From Mobula hypostoma (Eukaryota): DNA of 64,000 nucleotides. Under the pieces are notes generated by a model, which saw nothing but the letters and a program-made list of their open reading frames with translations, searched no databases and was not told the origin of the DNA. The stretch spans positions 113,958,001 through 114,022,000 of the forward strand of contig NC_086108.1 in the NCBI RefSeq assembly GCF_963921235.1, given 5' to 3'. This document shows positions 50,312 through 62,655 of the stretch, piece after piece (within the stretch, counting starts at the first letter, position 1; every line of letters starts with the position of its first letter). The translations under genes and the position numbers were made by a program.

Positions 50312-52142
50312 TAAAAGCAAGGATGTATATGGTGCTTTATCAGGCATTTATGAGGCCCCACTTAAGAGTATTGAGCAATTCTGGACACCTTATCTGGGAA
50401 AGGTTGTGCTGACGTTGTTGAGGGTTCAAAGGAGGCTCGTGAAAATGATTCGAAGATTGAAAGTCTTGTTATATTAGGAGTGTTTGATGGCTCTGTGCCT
50501 GTACTCAATGGAATTCAGAAGAATGTGGGGAGATCCCATTGAAACTTATCAAATGTTTAAAAGCTTCGATGGCGTGGATGTGGAGAGGATGCTTCCTTTG
50601 GTGGGAGAGTCAAAGACCAGAGGACACAGTCTCAGAATACCCAAATAAAATGGAGATAAGGAGGAATTTCTTTAGCCAGAGAGTGGCAGATCTGTGCAAT
50701 TCTTTGCAGTAGGCCTTTTTGTATATTTAAGGCAGAGCTCAATAGATCCTTGATTGGTCACGGTATGAAAGGATACAGGGAGAAGGTAGGAGACTGGGGC
50801 TGAGAGAGAAATGGATCAGCCTGATGAAATAGCAGAGCAGACTCGATGAGCCAAATGGCCTAATTCTGCCCCTATATCTTAGGGGCTTATGTTTCTTCCT
50901 CTACGAACACCCTGGCAGTGTGTTCCACAAATCCACCATTTTGTTGCTGGATTAGACTTTATAATTGTCATCTTCTTTTACAATTTAATTTTTGCCTGCT
51001 TGTATTTTACATAGCTACTTATATTTAACTGCAACTGTACAATATATTTCCTAGTGGTCACAGTATGTACACATGGAGGTACTGGAGTTGATGCCTTCGG
51101 GTTGGCGCGAAGGTGGCGTGCAGTGAAACCAAGTGACTATCTTGGACATTTCTTTTGTGATCACAAGACCTTATTGGACATTGATTGCCGCAGGCCCGCT
51201 GCCCTTGTTTGGTGGAGAGACAGGCAGTTCCACCTCAGCTGTAATGAGGACTAGGCCTCAATCCTGGAGCTTGCATTGTAGCGCAGCGCTTGGGTGTGGC
51301 CTCTCCCAACAGTGCTGCCCTCCTATGTTGGATTGGTGGAATTACAGGCTGGAATACCAAAAATCATCAATTTGCCGGACTTGGGCTAAAAATGTGCTTT
51401 CTTATGCGACTACATTCTTTGTTTCTCCCTTTCTCATTATTTTGAACGCTTATATATGTTTTGCACCTTAACCCCAAAGAAACATTGTCTCATTTGGCTG
51501 TATGGATGACAATTAAACTTGATTTGATTTGGTTTGATTTGATTGACGCAGTTATTCAGCGTTTTCCTCAGTGGTATATAAATGCAGATTGTTCAGTGTA
51601 TCCCCTCGTGGTTGTTGCTGCCACATTATTTGAATAGAAGCTATGTGCTCCAAATTTTAATAAAATGTTTCTAAATAGAAACATTGAAACATAGAAAACC
51701 TACAGCACAATACAGGCCCTTCGGCCCACAAAGTTGTGCCGAACATGTCCCTAACTTAAAAATTACTAGGCTTACCTATAGCCCTCTATTTTTCCAAGCT
51801 CCAAGTACCTATCCAAAAGTCTCTTAAAAGACCCTATCATATCCACCTCCATCATGATTGCCAGCAGCCCATTCCACGCATTCACCACTCTCTGAGTAAA
51901 AAACTTACCCCTGACATCTCCTCTGTACCTACTCCCCAGCACTTTACACCTGTGTCCTCTTGTGGCAACCATTTCAGCCCTGGGAAAAAGCCTCTGACTA
52001 TCCGCACAATCAATGCCTCTCATCATCTTATACATCTCTATCAGGTCACCTCTCATCCTCCGTCGCTCCAAGGAGAAAAGGCCAAGTTCACGCAACCTAT
52101 TCTCATAAGGCATGCTCCCCAATCCAGGCAACATCCTTGTAA

Positions 52143-52302
52143 CACACATCAAAGTTGCTGGTGAACATTAGTCCTGACGAAGGGTCTCGGCCCGAAACGT
52201 CGATTGTACCTCTTCCTAGAGATGCTGCCTGGCCTGCTGCGTTCACCAGCAACTTTGATGTGTGTTGCTTGAATTTCCAGCATCTGCAGAATTCCTCGTG
52301 TT
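52143..52302 (+). mobile_element. Penelope-derived short insertion with an inverted 5' segment
   Basis: 13-bp TSD AACATCCTTGTAA (52130-52142, 52303-52315). CACACATCAAAGTTGCTGGTGAAC is the reverse complement of an internal segment. Confidence 0.85.
52169..52206 (+). ncRNA. Minimal type I hammerhead ribozyme
   Basis: TAGTC-CTGACGA-AGGG TCTCGG CCC-GAAA-CG-TC-GATTG. Core intact; stem I has G-U pairs. Confidence 0.75.
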
Positions 52303-54010
52303 AACATCCTTGTAAATCTCCTCTGCACCCTTTCTATGGCTTCCACATCCTTCCTGTAGTGAGGTGACCAGAACTGAGCACAGTACTCCAAGTGGGGTCT
52401 AATACAATGTATTACATGCTGAACATGTTGACCTGCCATCATCTTCTGTTCTTTGTTCTTATCTACTTGACTTTTGCAACTTTACGTTTTCAATTCTCTT
52501 TGTTCAATTAGTGTTTAATAATCATGAAGGGACAAGTTTTGACTTCCGAAGAAAGCTTGGATCAAAAACATCAGAATCCAACACTGTGCCTCCAATATCC
52601 CCTATAGTATAGGGGTTCCCAGCCTGGAGCCCACAGACCCCTTGCTTAGTTGTACTGGCTCACAGCATAAAAAAAGTTGAGAAACCTTGAGCTGGAGTCA
52701 ATAATCACAGAAGAAATAACTAATCACAAGGAAATCTAAATGTAATTAAATACGGTGAGCAGAGTTTTATGAAAAGTAAATAATGTTTGACAAATCTACT
52801 GATAGAGGGAAACCTGTAAATACAATGTGTTTTAGTTTTCCAGCAGGCATTTTTCAAGGTGCCACATAATTGGCTAGTGCATAAACTAAGTTACTGGAGG
52901 ACATGCACAGGCATGAACTGAATACAATGATTCAAAAATCAATAGATCATTTTTAGGCTGTTGGAATGGAACTACAGGAGTACTCAGGTAGATGTGTAGT
53001 AGAGAGTATATCGACTGGCTGCATCACAGACTGGTATGAAAACACCAATGTCCTTGAATGGAAAATCCTGAAAATAGTAGATGTAGCCCAGTCCATCAAA
53101 GGTAAAGCCCTTCCCACCATTAAGCACATCTTCATGAAATGCTGTTGCAGGAAAGCAGCATCCATCAGAGACCTCCCCCAGCCCCCGCAACACTCTCTTC
53201 TTGCCGCTGACATTAGGAAGGAGGTACAGGAGCCTCAGGACTCACACCACTACATTCAGGTTCAGTTATTACCCCTCAACCAAAACTGAGGGGCTCTTGA
53301 ACCAAAGGGGATAACTTCACTTGCCCCATCATTGAAATGTTCCAACAACCTACGAGCTCACTTTCAAGGAGTCTTCATCTCATGTTCTCGATATTTATTG
53401 CGTTATCTATTTATTATTGTCTTCTTTTTGTATTGCACAGTTTGTCGTCTTTAGCACTCTGGGTGAATGCCCAAGTTGGTGCAGTCTTTCATTGATTCTG
53501 TTATGGTTTTTATTCGAGGATTTATTGCCCGCAAAACAATGAATCTTGGGGTTGTATATGGTGACACATATGTACTTGGATAATAAATTTACTTAGAACT
53601 TTGGTCTTCAGATGTTCACACTTTTCATGAATGACCTGGAGGAAGAAATAAAATGCAAGGTTTCCAAAGTTTGCTGAGGATGTGAAGATAAGTGGAAGGG
53701 TAGATAATGATGAGGACATTGTGTTCCTGCAATGGGATATAGATAGAGTGAGTGACTGTGGGAATCTCACCTGGCAAGTGGTTCAGCCTGGGAAGTATGA
53801 GGTGATTCATTTCAGTGAGAGGTTACAAGGCAGATTATCTGAATGCAGAGTGTCTGCAAGTGAGGACTCTCCCCATTACAGGAAGGTGTAGGGGCTTTGG
53901 GAAGGAGGCAGAAGAGGTTCACCAATCTGCTGCCTGGATTAGAGGGCATGTGCTATTACAAGAGCTTTGGGTTATTTTCTCTGGAGCAGCTGAGGGGAGA
54001 TCTGAAGGTA

Positions 54011-55623
54011 CAGTGGTATGCAAAAGTTTGGGCACCCCTGATAAAAATTTCTGTTACTGTGAATAGCTACGCGAGTAAAAGATGACCTGATTTCCAAAAC
54101 GCATAAAAGTTAAAGATGACATATCTCTTTAGTATTTTAAACAAGATTACTTCTTTATTTCCATCTTCTATAGTTTCAAAATAATAAAAAAGGAAAAGGG
54201 CCCAAAGCAAAAGTTTGGACACCCTGCATGGTCAGTACTTAGTAACACCCCCTTTGGCAAGTATCACAGCTTGTAAACGTTTTCTGTAGCCAGCAAAGAG
54301 TCTTTCAATTCTTGTTTGGGGGATTTTCGCCCATTCTTCCTTGCAAAAGGCTTCTAGGTCTGTGAGATTCTTGGGCCGTCTTGCATGCACTGCACTTTTG
54401 AGGTCTATCCACAGATTTTCGATGATGTTTAGGTCGGGGACCATGGCAAAACCTTCAGCTTGCGTCTCGAGGTAGTCCATTGTGGATTTTGAGGTGTGTT
54501 TAGGATCATTATCCTGTTGTAGAAGCCATCCTCTTTCACCCTCAGCATTTTTTTTTACAAATGGTGTGATGTTTGCTTCCAGAATTTGCTGGTATTTAAT
54601 TGAATTCATTCTTCCCTCTACCAGTGAAATGTTTCCCGTGCCACTGGCTGCAACACAAGCCCAAAGCATGATCGATCCACCCCTGTGCTTAACAGTTGGA
54701 GAGGGGTTCTTTTCATGAAATTCTGCACCCTTTTTTCTCCAAACATACCTGTGCTCATTGCGGCCAAAAAGTTCTATTTTAACTTCACCAGTCCACAGGA
54801 CTTGTTTCCAAAATGCATCAGGCTTGTTTAGATGTTCCTTTGCAAGCTTCTGACGCTGAATTTTGTGGTGAAGACAGAGGAAAGGTTTTCTTCTGATGAC
54901 TCTTCCACGAAGGTCATATTTGTGCAGGTGTCGCTGCACAGTAGAACAGTGCACCACCACTCCAGAGGCTGCTAAATCTTCCTGAAGGTCTTTTGCAGTC
55001 AAACGGGGGTTTTGATTTGCCTTTCTAGCAATCCTAAGAGTAATTCTCTCAGAAGGTTTTCCTGGTCTTCCAGACCTCAACTTGAGCTCCACCGTTCCTG
55101 TTAACTGCCATTTCTTAATTACATTACAAACTGAGGAAACGGCTACCTGAAAACGCTTTGCTATCTTGTTATAGCCTTCTCCTGCTTTGTGGGCATCATT
55201 TATTTTAACTTTCAGAGTGCTAGGCAGCTGCTTAGAGGAGCCCATGGCTGCTGATTGTTGGGACAAGGTTTGAGGAGTCAGGGTATTTATAAAGCTTTGA
55301 AATTTGCATCACCTGGCCTTTCCTAACGATGACTGTGATCAAGCCACAGCCCTAACAAGCTAATTAAGGTCTGAGACCTTGGTAAAAGTTATCTGAGAGC
55401 TCAAATCTCTTGGGGTGCCCAAACTTTTGCATGGTGCTCCTTTCCTTTTTTTCACTCTAAAATTGTACAAAACAAATGTGATACACTAATCTTGCTTAAA
55501 ATGTTGAAAAGAATGTTTCATCTTTAACATTATGCCTTTTGGAAATCAGTTCATCTTCTACTCACTTAACTATTCGCAGTAACAGAAATTTTGACTGGGG
55601 TGCCAAATTTTTGCATGCCACTG
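54011..55623 (-). mobile_element. Full-length Tc1 (DD34E family) transposon, 1613 bp
   Basis: TA|CAGTGG...CCACTG|TA with ~220-bp IR/DR TIRs. Inserted in a CR1 fragment. Same family as 49026-50311. Confidence 0.95.
54232..55245 (-). pseudogene. Tc1 transposase, open frame but catalytically damaged
   Basis: ORF 54232..55266, likely start MGSSKQL at 55245. WTDE has become WTGE. Compensating frameshifts shorten the D-E spacing to 30, versus 34 in the sister copy. Confidence 0.85.
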
Positions 55624-56840
55624 TATACAAGGTTATGAGAGGGCTAGATAGAGTAGACAAACAATAACTTTATCCCAGGGCTGAAGAGTCTAACACCAGA
55701 AGGCATAAGGTGAGGGGTAGAGGGTAGTAATTTCAAAGGAGGTGTGAGGGACAAGTCTTTTCTTTACACTGAGTGGTGTATGCCTGGAATGCACTGTTTG
55801 GGGTGGTGGTGGAGGCAGATACATTATAGACTTTTAAGAGATGTTTAGATAGGCACATGAGTGTGAGGAAATTGGAAGAATATGGACATTGTGTAGGCAG
55901 AGGGGATGAGTTAGTCATTTGATTACTAATTAATTAGTTCAGCACAACATTATGAGCCAAAGAGCCTGTTCCTGTGCTATACTGTTGTGCACCAAATGAA
56001 CAAGATTCAGAGTAATCAAGGTGTTCCAGTGGAAGAACCACTAAAAAAACTCAACAGAGTAGAGGTTTTCACTAGTGGGATTGTCACTAACAAGGAGATC
56101 TAGTTTCTAACTGAGACCTGAAGCAAGTTCTTCTCTTAGATAGTGGCAAATCTCCGGAATTATCTGAGCCCGCAGATGGAAGTAGTTTAATATTTGAAAA
56201 ATCGAGGAATGGCATAGTAATACAGCACAGAAACAGGCCCTTTGACCCAAATGATCAATGCAGACCGCAGAATCCTCCCTACTACCCCCACTGTCTATGG
56301 TCGGCCCATCACCATCTCAGCCTCAATACTCTATCTACCTATTCCAATGTCTCTTAAAGAGCTAACTTTCGCTGGCAGCTCAATACAGATCCTCAGGTTA
56401 CTTCCCACATCCCAGAGACGTATGGATTAGGGTTAGTGAGCTGTTGGCATGCCTTGTTGGTGCCAGAAACACTGTGACACTTGCAGGCTGCCCCCAGCAC
56501 AATTCTCACTGAGTTCATTTGTCACAAATGGCACATTTCACTGTATGTTTCAATGTACATGTAAAGCTAATTTTTAAAGATCTTATCTTTTACCACACAA
56601 ACAGCTTCTCTCTAATCTACAAGTTCAGGTACAAAACAAGTAAATGCATGCAAAAGCAATCCTCAAAGTTCCCCTCAGAATCAAATATGCTTTGAGACTG
56701 GGAACTCTGGTCACTGGGTCCAATTCCAGGAACTTTCTGCTGAGCCCTTCATCACATCAATAAAAGACAATTCTTTTTCCACTTCGTCATCGGTAACATC
56801 ACATCCACTTGAATAAATGAGAAATTCTGTGACGTTATGC

Positions 56841-57001
56841 ATTTTTTCCCTCCAGAGACTAAACAAACAAAAACTTTTCAATTCCAAAAATCCTTTTTAT
56901 CACAAACATCATTTCAAACCACTTGCATTTGAAAAGACGTTTATGACAAAAGGATTTTTGGAATTGAAAGGTTTTGTTTGTTTAGTTCCTGGAGAAAAAA
57001 T
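56841..57001. repeat. Long inverted repeat/hairpin (arms ~75 bp, 9-nt loop 56919-56927)
   Basis: ACTAAACAAACAAAA..TTTCAATTCCAAAAATCCTTTT..TTTCAAA pairs with TTTGAAA..AAAAGGATTTTTGGAATTGAAA..TTTTGTTTGTTTAGT. Confidence 0.9.
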
Positions 57002-57929
57002 ACTATCAGATTACTTTAACATAGCAATTTACACATGAGTCATATTTGCCTGTAAGTGCCCAGCAAGAAAAAATGGGCAGGAAAAAAATCATTGCAGACT
57101 CGTCACTGTTTTTTCCAAAAGCTCCCTTCTGGAAAGCACTCCAGGGACATTAAAACAAGAACTTCCCACCACCTTAAAAATTTCTTCTCCCAAGCAGTTA
57201 ATATAATAAACCATTCTAGTTTGTCCTACCCTCCCCTATTGCCCCAACACTGCACTATAAACACTTTAAAACCACTGTTTATAATTCTGTTAACATTGCA
57301 AATAGATAGACAGATATCCAAGCAAATTACAGCATCACAGTAGCCTTACAAGTGCACAGATATACAAATATCCAAATATTAGAAGAGAACTAAGAAAAAA
57401 TAAGTCATCTCAGTCTAATAGGAGGGGGTCATCATTTCCCCAGCTATAGGTTGACTCATTATAGAGCCTAATGGCTAAGGGTTAGAATAATCTCATATAG
57501 CGCTCTTTGGAGCAGCACAGTTGTCTATTACTAAAAGTGCTCCTCTGTTCAGCCAAGGTGGCATGCAGAGGGTGAGAAACATTGTCCAGAATTGTCAGAA
57601 TTTTCTGTAAGATCCTTTGCTCTACCACAGCCTCCAGCGTGTCCAGTTTGACTCCTGTAACAGAGCCAGCCTTTCTAATCAGTTAATTGAGCCTGTTGGC
57701 ATCACCCATGTTGATGCCATTGCCCAGCACACCACTGCAAAGAAGGTTGTACAGGCAACAAGACAGGTAGGACATGTGAAGGAGAGGCCTGCATACTCCA
57801 AAGGACGTCAGTCTCCTCAGGAAGTAGAGGAGACTCTGGCCCTTCTTGTACACAGCCTCTGTGTTGGTGCTCCACTCAAGTCTGTCATCCAGGTGCACCC
57901 CCAGGTACCTGAAGCTCCTCACCACATCC

Positions 57930-59176
57930 ACGTCGAGCACCTCCGCTCCATCCACCACAACAGACAGGATCTCCTGGTTGCCACCCAGTTCAACTCTGCT
58001 TCACATTCCCATTCAGATATAGTCATAGTTATACTTTATTGATCCCGAAGGAAATTGGGTTTCGTTACAGTTGCACCAACCAAGAACAGAGTATAAATAT
58101 GGCAATATAAAACCATAAATAATTAAATAATATGTAAATGATGCCAGGAAATAAGTCCAGGACCAGCCTATTGGCACAGGGTGTCTGATCCTCCAAGGGA
58201 GGAGTTGTAAAGTTTGATGGCCACAGGCAGGAACGACTTCCTATGACGCTCTGTGTTGCATCTCGGTGGAATGAGTCTCTGGCTGAATGTACTCCTGTGC
58301 CCACCCAGTACATTATGTAGTGGATGGGAGACATTGACCAAGATGGCATGCAACTTAGACAGCATCCTCTTTTCAGACACCACCGTCAGAGAGTCCAGTT
58401 CCATCCCCACAACATCACTGGCCTTACGAATGAGTTTGTTGATTCTGTTGGTGTCTGCTACCCTCAGCCTGCTGCCCCAGCATACAACAGCAAACATGAT
58501 CGCACTGGCCACCACAGACTCGTAGAACATCCTCAGCATCGTCCGGCAGATGTTAAAGGACCTCAGTCTCCCCAGGAAATAGAAATGGCTCTGACCCTTC
58601 TTGTAGACAGCCTCAATGTTCTTTGACCAGTCCAGTTTATTGTCAATTCGTATCCCCAATTCGTATGGCCACACATTGCCTCCTCTACTGCCATGATGAG
58701 GCCAAACTCACGTTGGAGGAGCAACACCTCATATACCATCTGGGTAGTCTCGAGCCCCTTGGTATGAACATAGAATTCTCCAACTTCCGGTAATTCCCTC
58801 CCCTCCCTTCCCCTATCCCAGTTTCACTCTGCCCCCTCCCCCAGCTACCAATCACCTCCCTCATGGTTCCACCTCCTTCTACTACCCATTGTACTTTCCC
58901 CTATTCCTTCTTCACCTTTCCTGCCTATCACCTCCCTGCTTCCCCTCCCCCACCCCTTTATCTTTCCCCTTACTGGTTTTTCACCTGAAGCCTACCAGCC
59001 TTCTCCTTCCCACCCTCCTCCCACCTTCTTTATAGGGCCTCTGCCTCTTCCCTCTACAGTCCTGACGAAGGGTCCCAGCCCAAAACATTGACTGATCGTT
59101 TCCACTGATGCTGCCCAACCTGCTGAGTTCCTTCAGCATGTTGTGAGTGTTGCTTTGACCCCAGCATCTGCAGAGT
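57930..59176 (+). mobile_element. Penelope-like element 3' part (GIY-YIG C-terminus, pyrimidine-rich UTR, decayed hammerhead), split by Rex1 at 58019-58660
   Basis: VEHLRSIHHNRQDLLVATQFNSASHSHSD ... EEQHLIYHLGSLEPLGMNIEFSNFR*. CAGTCCTGACGAAGGGTCCCAGCCCAAAACATTGACTG at ~59057-59094. Confidence 0.8.
58019..58660 (-). mobile_element. Young Rex1/Babar 3' fragment
   Basis: ORF 58168..58674 is nearly identical to ORF 5650..6021, with the same tail. Confidence 0.88.
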
Positions 59177-61284
59177 ATGTCCTCACCATCAATAGTAACA
59201 AGGAGCAGTGCAGGCTTAGCCATCCTAAAGTCCATCACCATCTCCTCTGTGTTACTGATGTTGAGCTGCAGATGATTCAGCTTGCACCATTTGACAAAGT
59301 CCTCCACCAGGGCCTGTATTCATCCTCCCTTCCTCCTTTATGAACCCAACTATTGCTGGGTCATCAGAGAATTTCTGCAGATGACACGACACTGTGTTGT
59401 ATGACTGAAGTACACAGGGTAAACAGAGGGAGCTAATACAGTCCCCTGTGGGGCCCCAGTGCTGCTTATAGCCATGTCTGACACACAACTCTGAAGCTGC
59501 ACAAACTGTGGTCTGCCAGTCAGGTAGTCCATTATCCGGGATACAATGGAAGTGCCGATCTGCTTTGAATGGCGCTTTTCCCCCAGCAATGAGGGTTGTA
59601 TGGTCTTAAAGGCACTTGACCAGTCAAAGAACATGATCCTCACAGCACTGCCCTGCTTATCCACATGGAAGTAGGCTCAGTTCAGCAGGTAGATGACTGT
59701 ATCACTGACTCGAAGTGCTGCAGGGGACTGAGTGCTGATCTGACCAAGGGTTAGAGGTGAGCCAGGACCAGCATCTCTAGGGTCTTCATGATGTTTGAGG
59801 TCAGGGCCACTGGACAGTAGTTATTCAAGACTTTTGGTTGGCCCTTCTTGGATACTGGGAGCACACTTGATGTTTTCCACACAGTTGGGACCCTTTCCAG
59901 GCTGAGACTCAGATTGGAAATGCACTGGAGAATTCCACTTTGCTGCTCAGCACATTCCTTCAGGACCTTGCGGTTCATACTGTCCCGTGCCAATGCTTTG
60001 CCTTGTCTGAGTTTCCCCAGAGGGCTTCTCACCTGCTCAGTGGTGAAGGCGAGTCAATGATGACTGGGGAGTTGCTGGAAGGGTGAAGGTGGGGGGGGGG
60101 TGGTGAAGATCAGGACCATAGCAGTTGGTACGTGGAGATATATATGACAGGTGCAGGGCAAGGAGGGGATGTAGATAGTGGTAGCCTGTGTGTTGTTCAT
60201 CCACGTGTTGCACTGGATAGGGAAGGGGGAGGAGGGGAGGTGTTGGTGCTGAGGGAGCATTGGGTGCCTCGGCACCTGGACTGGTGTGCTGGGGTGGTGG
60301 TGAACAGGAGGGCAATTGTCAAACCTATTGAAGAATTGGTTTAACTCATTAGCCCGTTCTCAGCTGCATTCCAAGGGTTTACAGCCAGTGATGTTCTTCA
60401 TACCTCTCCACACCTCCTGTGGGCTACTCTGCCCAGGCTTGTTCTCCATCTCTCTCCTGTATTCCTCTTCAGCCACCTTGATCTTCACCTTTAGCTCCCT
60501 CTGCACATGTTTCAACTCCTCTAAAGGCTCCCTCTCTGTGGTTGAGAAGAGCCTTTAGATCACTAGTGACCCATGGTTTGTTGTTAGGGAAGCACTGAAC
60601 AGTCCTTGTGTCCACACAGAAGTTGCTGTCGCCAGTGATACAATCAGTAAGCCCGTTAATGTCTTCCCCAAATGGTTGACAAAGCGCATTCCAGTCAGGA
60701 ACCTCAAAGCAGCCCTTCAAAGCCTCCAGGGACCGTTTCTTTACTATCTTGGTGGTAGCCAGCTGTTGCTGTACTTGGGTCTTACAAGGACATGAGGTGA
60801 ACCAGGTTGTGATCTGATCTTCCAAGTGGGGGGGGGAGAGCTGTAGAGCAGTATGCATCTTTAATCTTTGCATACAAGAGATCCAGTGTTTTATTTTCTC
60901 TTGTATGACACTTGACAAACTGATTGAAGGTAGGTAGGTTTGTAAAGAGAGAAACATGGTTGAAATATACCTGTTGGTATTTATCTATGCACATTTTATT
61001 CCATTCCTTCCTTTAATCTTTAAATTTTATTTGTCTTTTTTATTCTTTATAATTGTTGAATATTGTCTTTTGATGCCTGCCATGCCCTAACACACAAATT
61101 CCTCATACATTGAAATGCATACGGTGAATAAAGATAGCAAAATAAACAACCATCTCATATACCATGAATTAGGAACAATTACTGGCAACTTGGCCCCACT
61201 CTGCTCTGATTAAGACAGCAGCTCTGCATTCCCACCTAAGTGGGAACAAACTCCTCCTCTTATTAAGGAATAATCTTTCTCTGC

Positions 61285-62655
61285 CTGTAAAGTCAAATTA
61301 ATCAGAGTTGTGGAGGCCCTAGCAGAGATATTTAAAATATCCTCAGCTACAGGTGAGGTGCCAGAGGATTGCAGGATGGAATTTTGTTCCGCTGTTTAAG
61401 AAAGGCTCTAAGAGTAAGCCAAGAAATTATAGGCCGGCAAGCCTGAAATCAGTAATGGGGAAGTTATTCGAATATATTCTAACGGACTGGATACATGAGC
61501 ATTCGGATAGACAATGACCAATTAAGGATAGTCAGCATGGCTTAGTGTGTGGTAAGTCAAGTCTAACCAATCTTTGTTGAGTCTTTCAAGGAAGTTACCA
61601 AGAAAGTTGTCAAAGGGAAGGCAGTAGATGTCATCTACATGGACTTTTGCAAGGCCTTTGACAAGGTCCCGTATGGGAGGTTGGTCAAGAAGGTTTAGTC
61701 ACTTAGCATTCAAGACGAGGTAGTAAACTGGATTAGACGTTGGCTTTGTGGGAGAAATCAGAGAGTAGTTGTATATGATTGCCTCTCTGACTGGAGGCCT
61801 GTGACTAGCAGATCGCTGCAGGGATCAGTGCTGGGTCCTTTGTTGTTTGTCATCTATATCAATGATCAGGATGATAATGTGGTTAACTGGATCAGCAAAT
61901 TTGCAATGACACCAAGATTGGGAGTGTTGTTAGATAGTGAGAAAGGCTATCAGAGCTTGCAGCAAGATCTGGACCAGCTTAAAAATGGTAGATGGAATTT
62001 AATGCAGACAAATGGTTTGTAGGACCAGCCAGAGCCAGTCTTACACAGTGAGTATTTGGGCATTGAGGAGTGCAGTAGAACAGAGTTGTCTGGGAATACA
62101 GACCCGTAATTCCTTAAAAGTGGCATCACAAGTGGATAGGGTTGTAAAGAAACCTTTTGGTACATTGGCTTTCATAAATCAATGTATTTAGTACAGGAAT
62201 TGGGATGTTATGTGGAAATTGTATAAGGCATTGGTGAGAACTAACTTGGAGTATCATGTGCAGTTTTGGTCACCTACATACAGGAAAGGTATCAATAAGA
62301 TTGAAAGACAACAGAGAAAATTTACAAGGATGTTGCCAGGACTTGAAGACCACAGTTATAGGGAAAGATGAATTAGAACTTTATTACCTAGAACGTAATT
62401 GATTGAGGGGAGGTATACAAGATAATGAGGGGTATAGATAGGGTAAATGCAAATAGACTTTTTCCCACTGAGGTTGAATGGGTAAGGGTGAAAGGTGAAA
62501 TATTTAAAGGGAACATGAGGAGGAAACTTCTTCACTCAGAGGGTGGTGCTAGTGTAGATTGAGAAATTTGAATTCTTGCATGGATGGAAGGGGTATGGAG
62601 GGCTACGATCTGGGTGCTGGTCAATGGGCCAAAGGGCCTGTTTCTACGCTGTAGC
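61285..62655 (+). mobile_element. Decayed CR1 RT/3' fragment
   Basis: NYRP, YMDFCKAFDKVP and QGSVLGPLLFVIYIND motifs with many disablements. Confidence 0.85.

Larger units (their letters stand above)
51677..52400 (-). mobile_element. CR1 3' fragment interrupted by a Penelope-derived insertion
   Basis: ORFs 52149..52442 and 51772..52152 ([24 protein letters not shown]). TTTCTATG tail. Confidence 0.88.
57300..60965 (-). mobile_element. Older Rex1/Babar LINE (endonuclease end plus RT) with nested Penelope and young Rex1 insertions
   Basis: ORFs 60782..60994 (TLDLLY, GRSDHNLV), 60469..60957 (FPNNKPWV), 59751..60032, 59350..59664 (GAPQGTVL) and 57683..57958. Confidence 0.85.

Noticed and set aside
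56700..56815. C/D-box snoRNA candidate (GTGATGA on the minus strand)
   Set aside because: No convincing terminal stem or recognisable rRNA guide.
59057..59094. Active hammerhead ribozyme
   Set aside because: The GAAA and cleavage-triplet positions are mutated, so it is kept only as a decayed copy.
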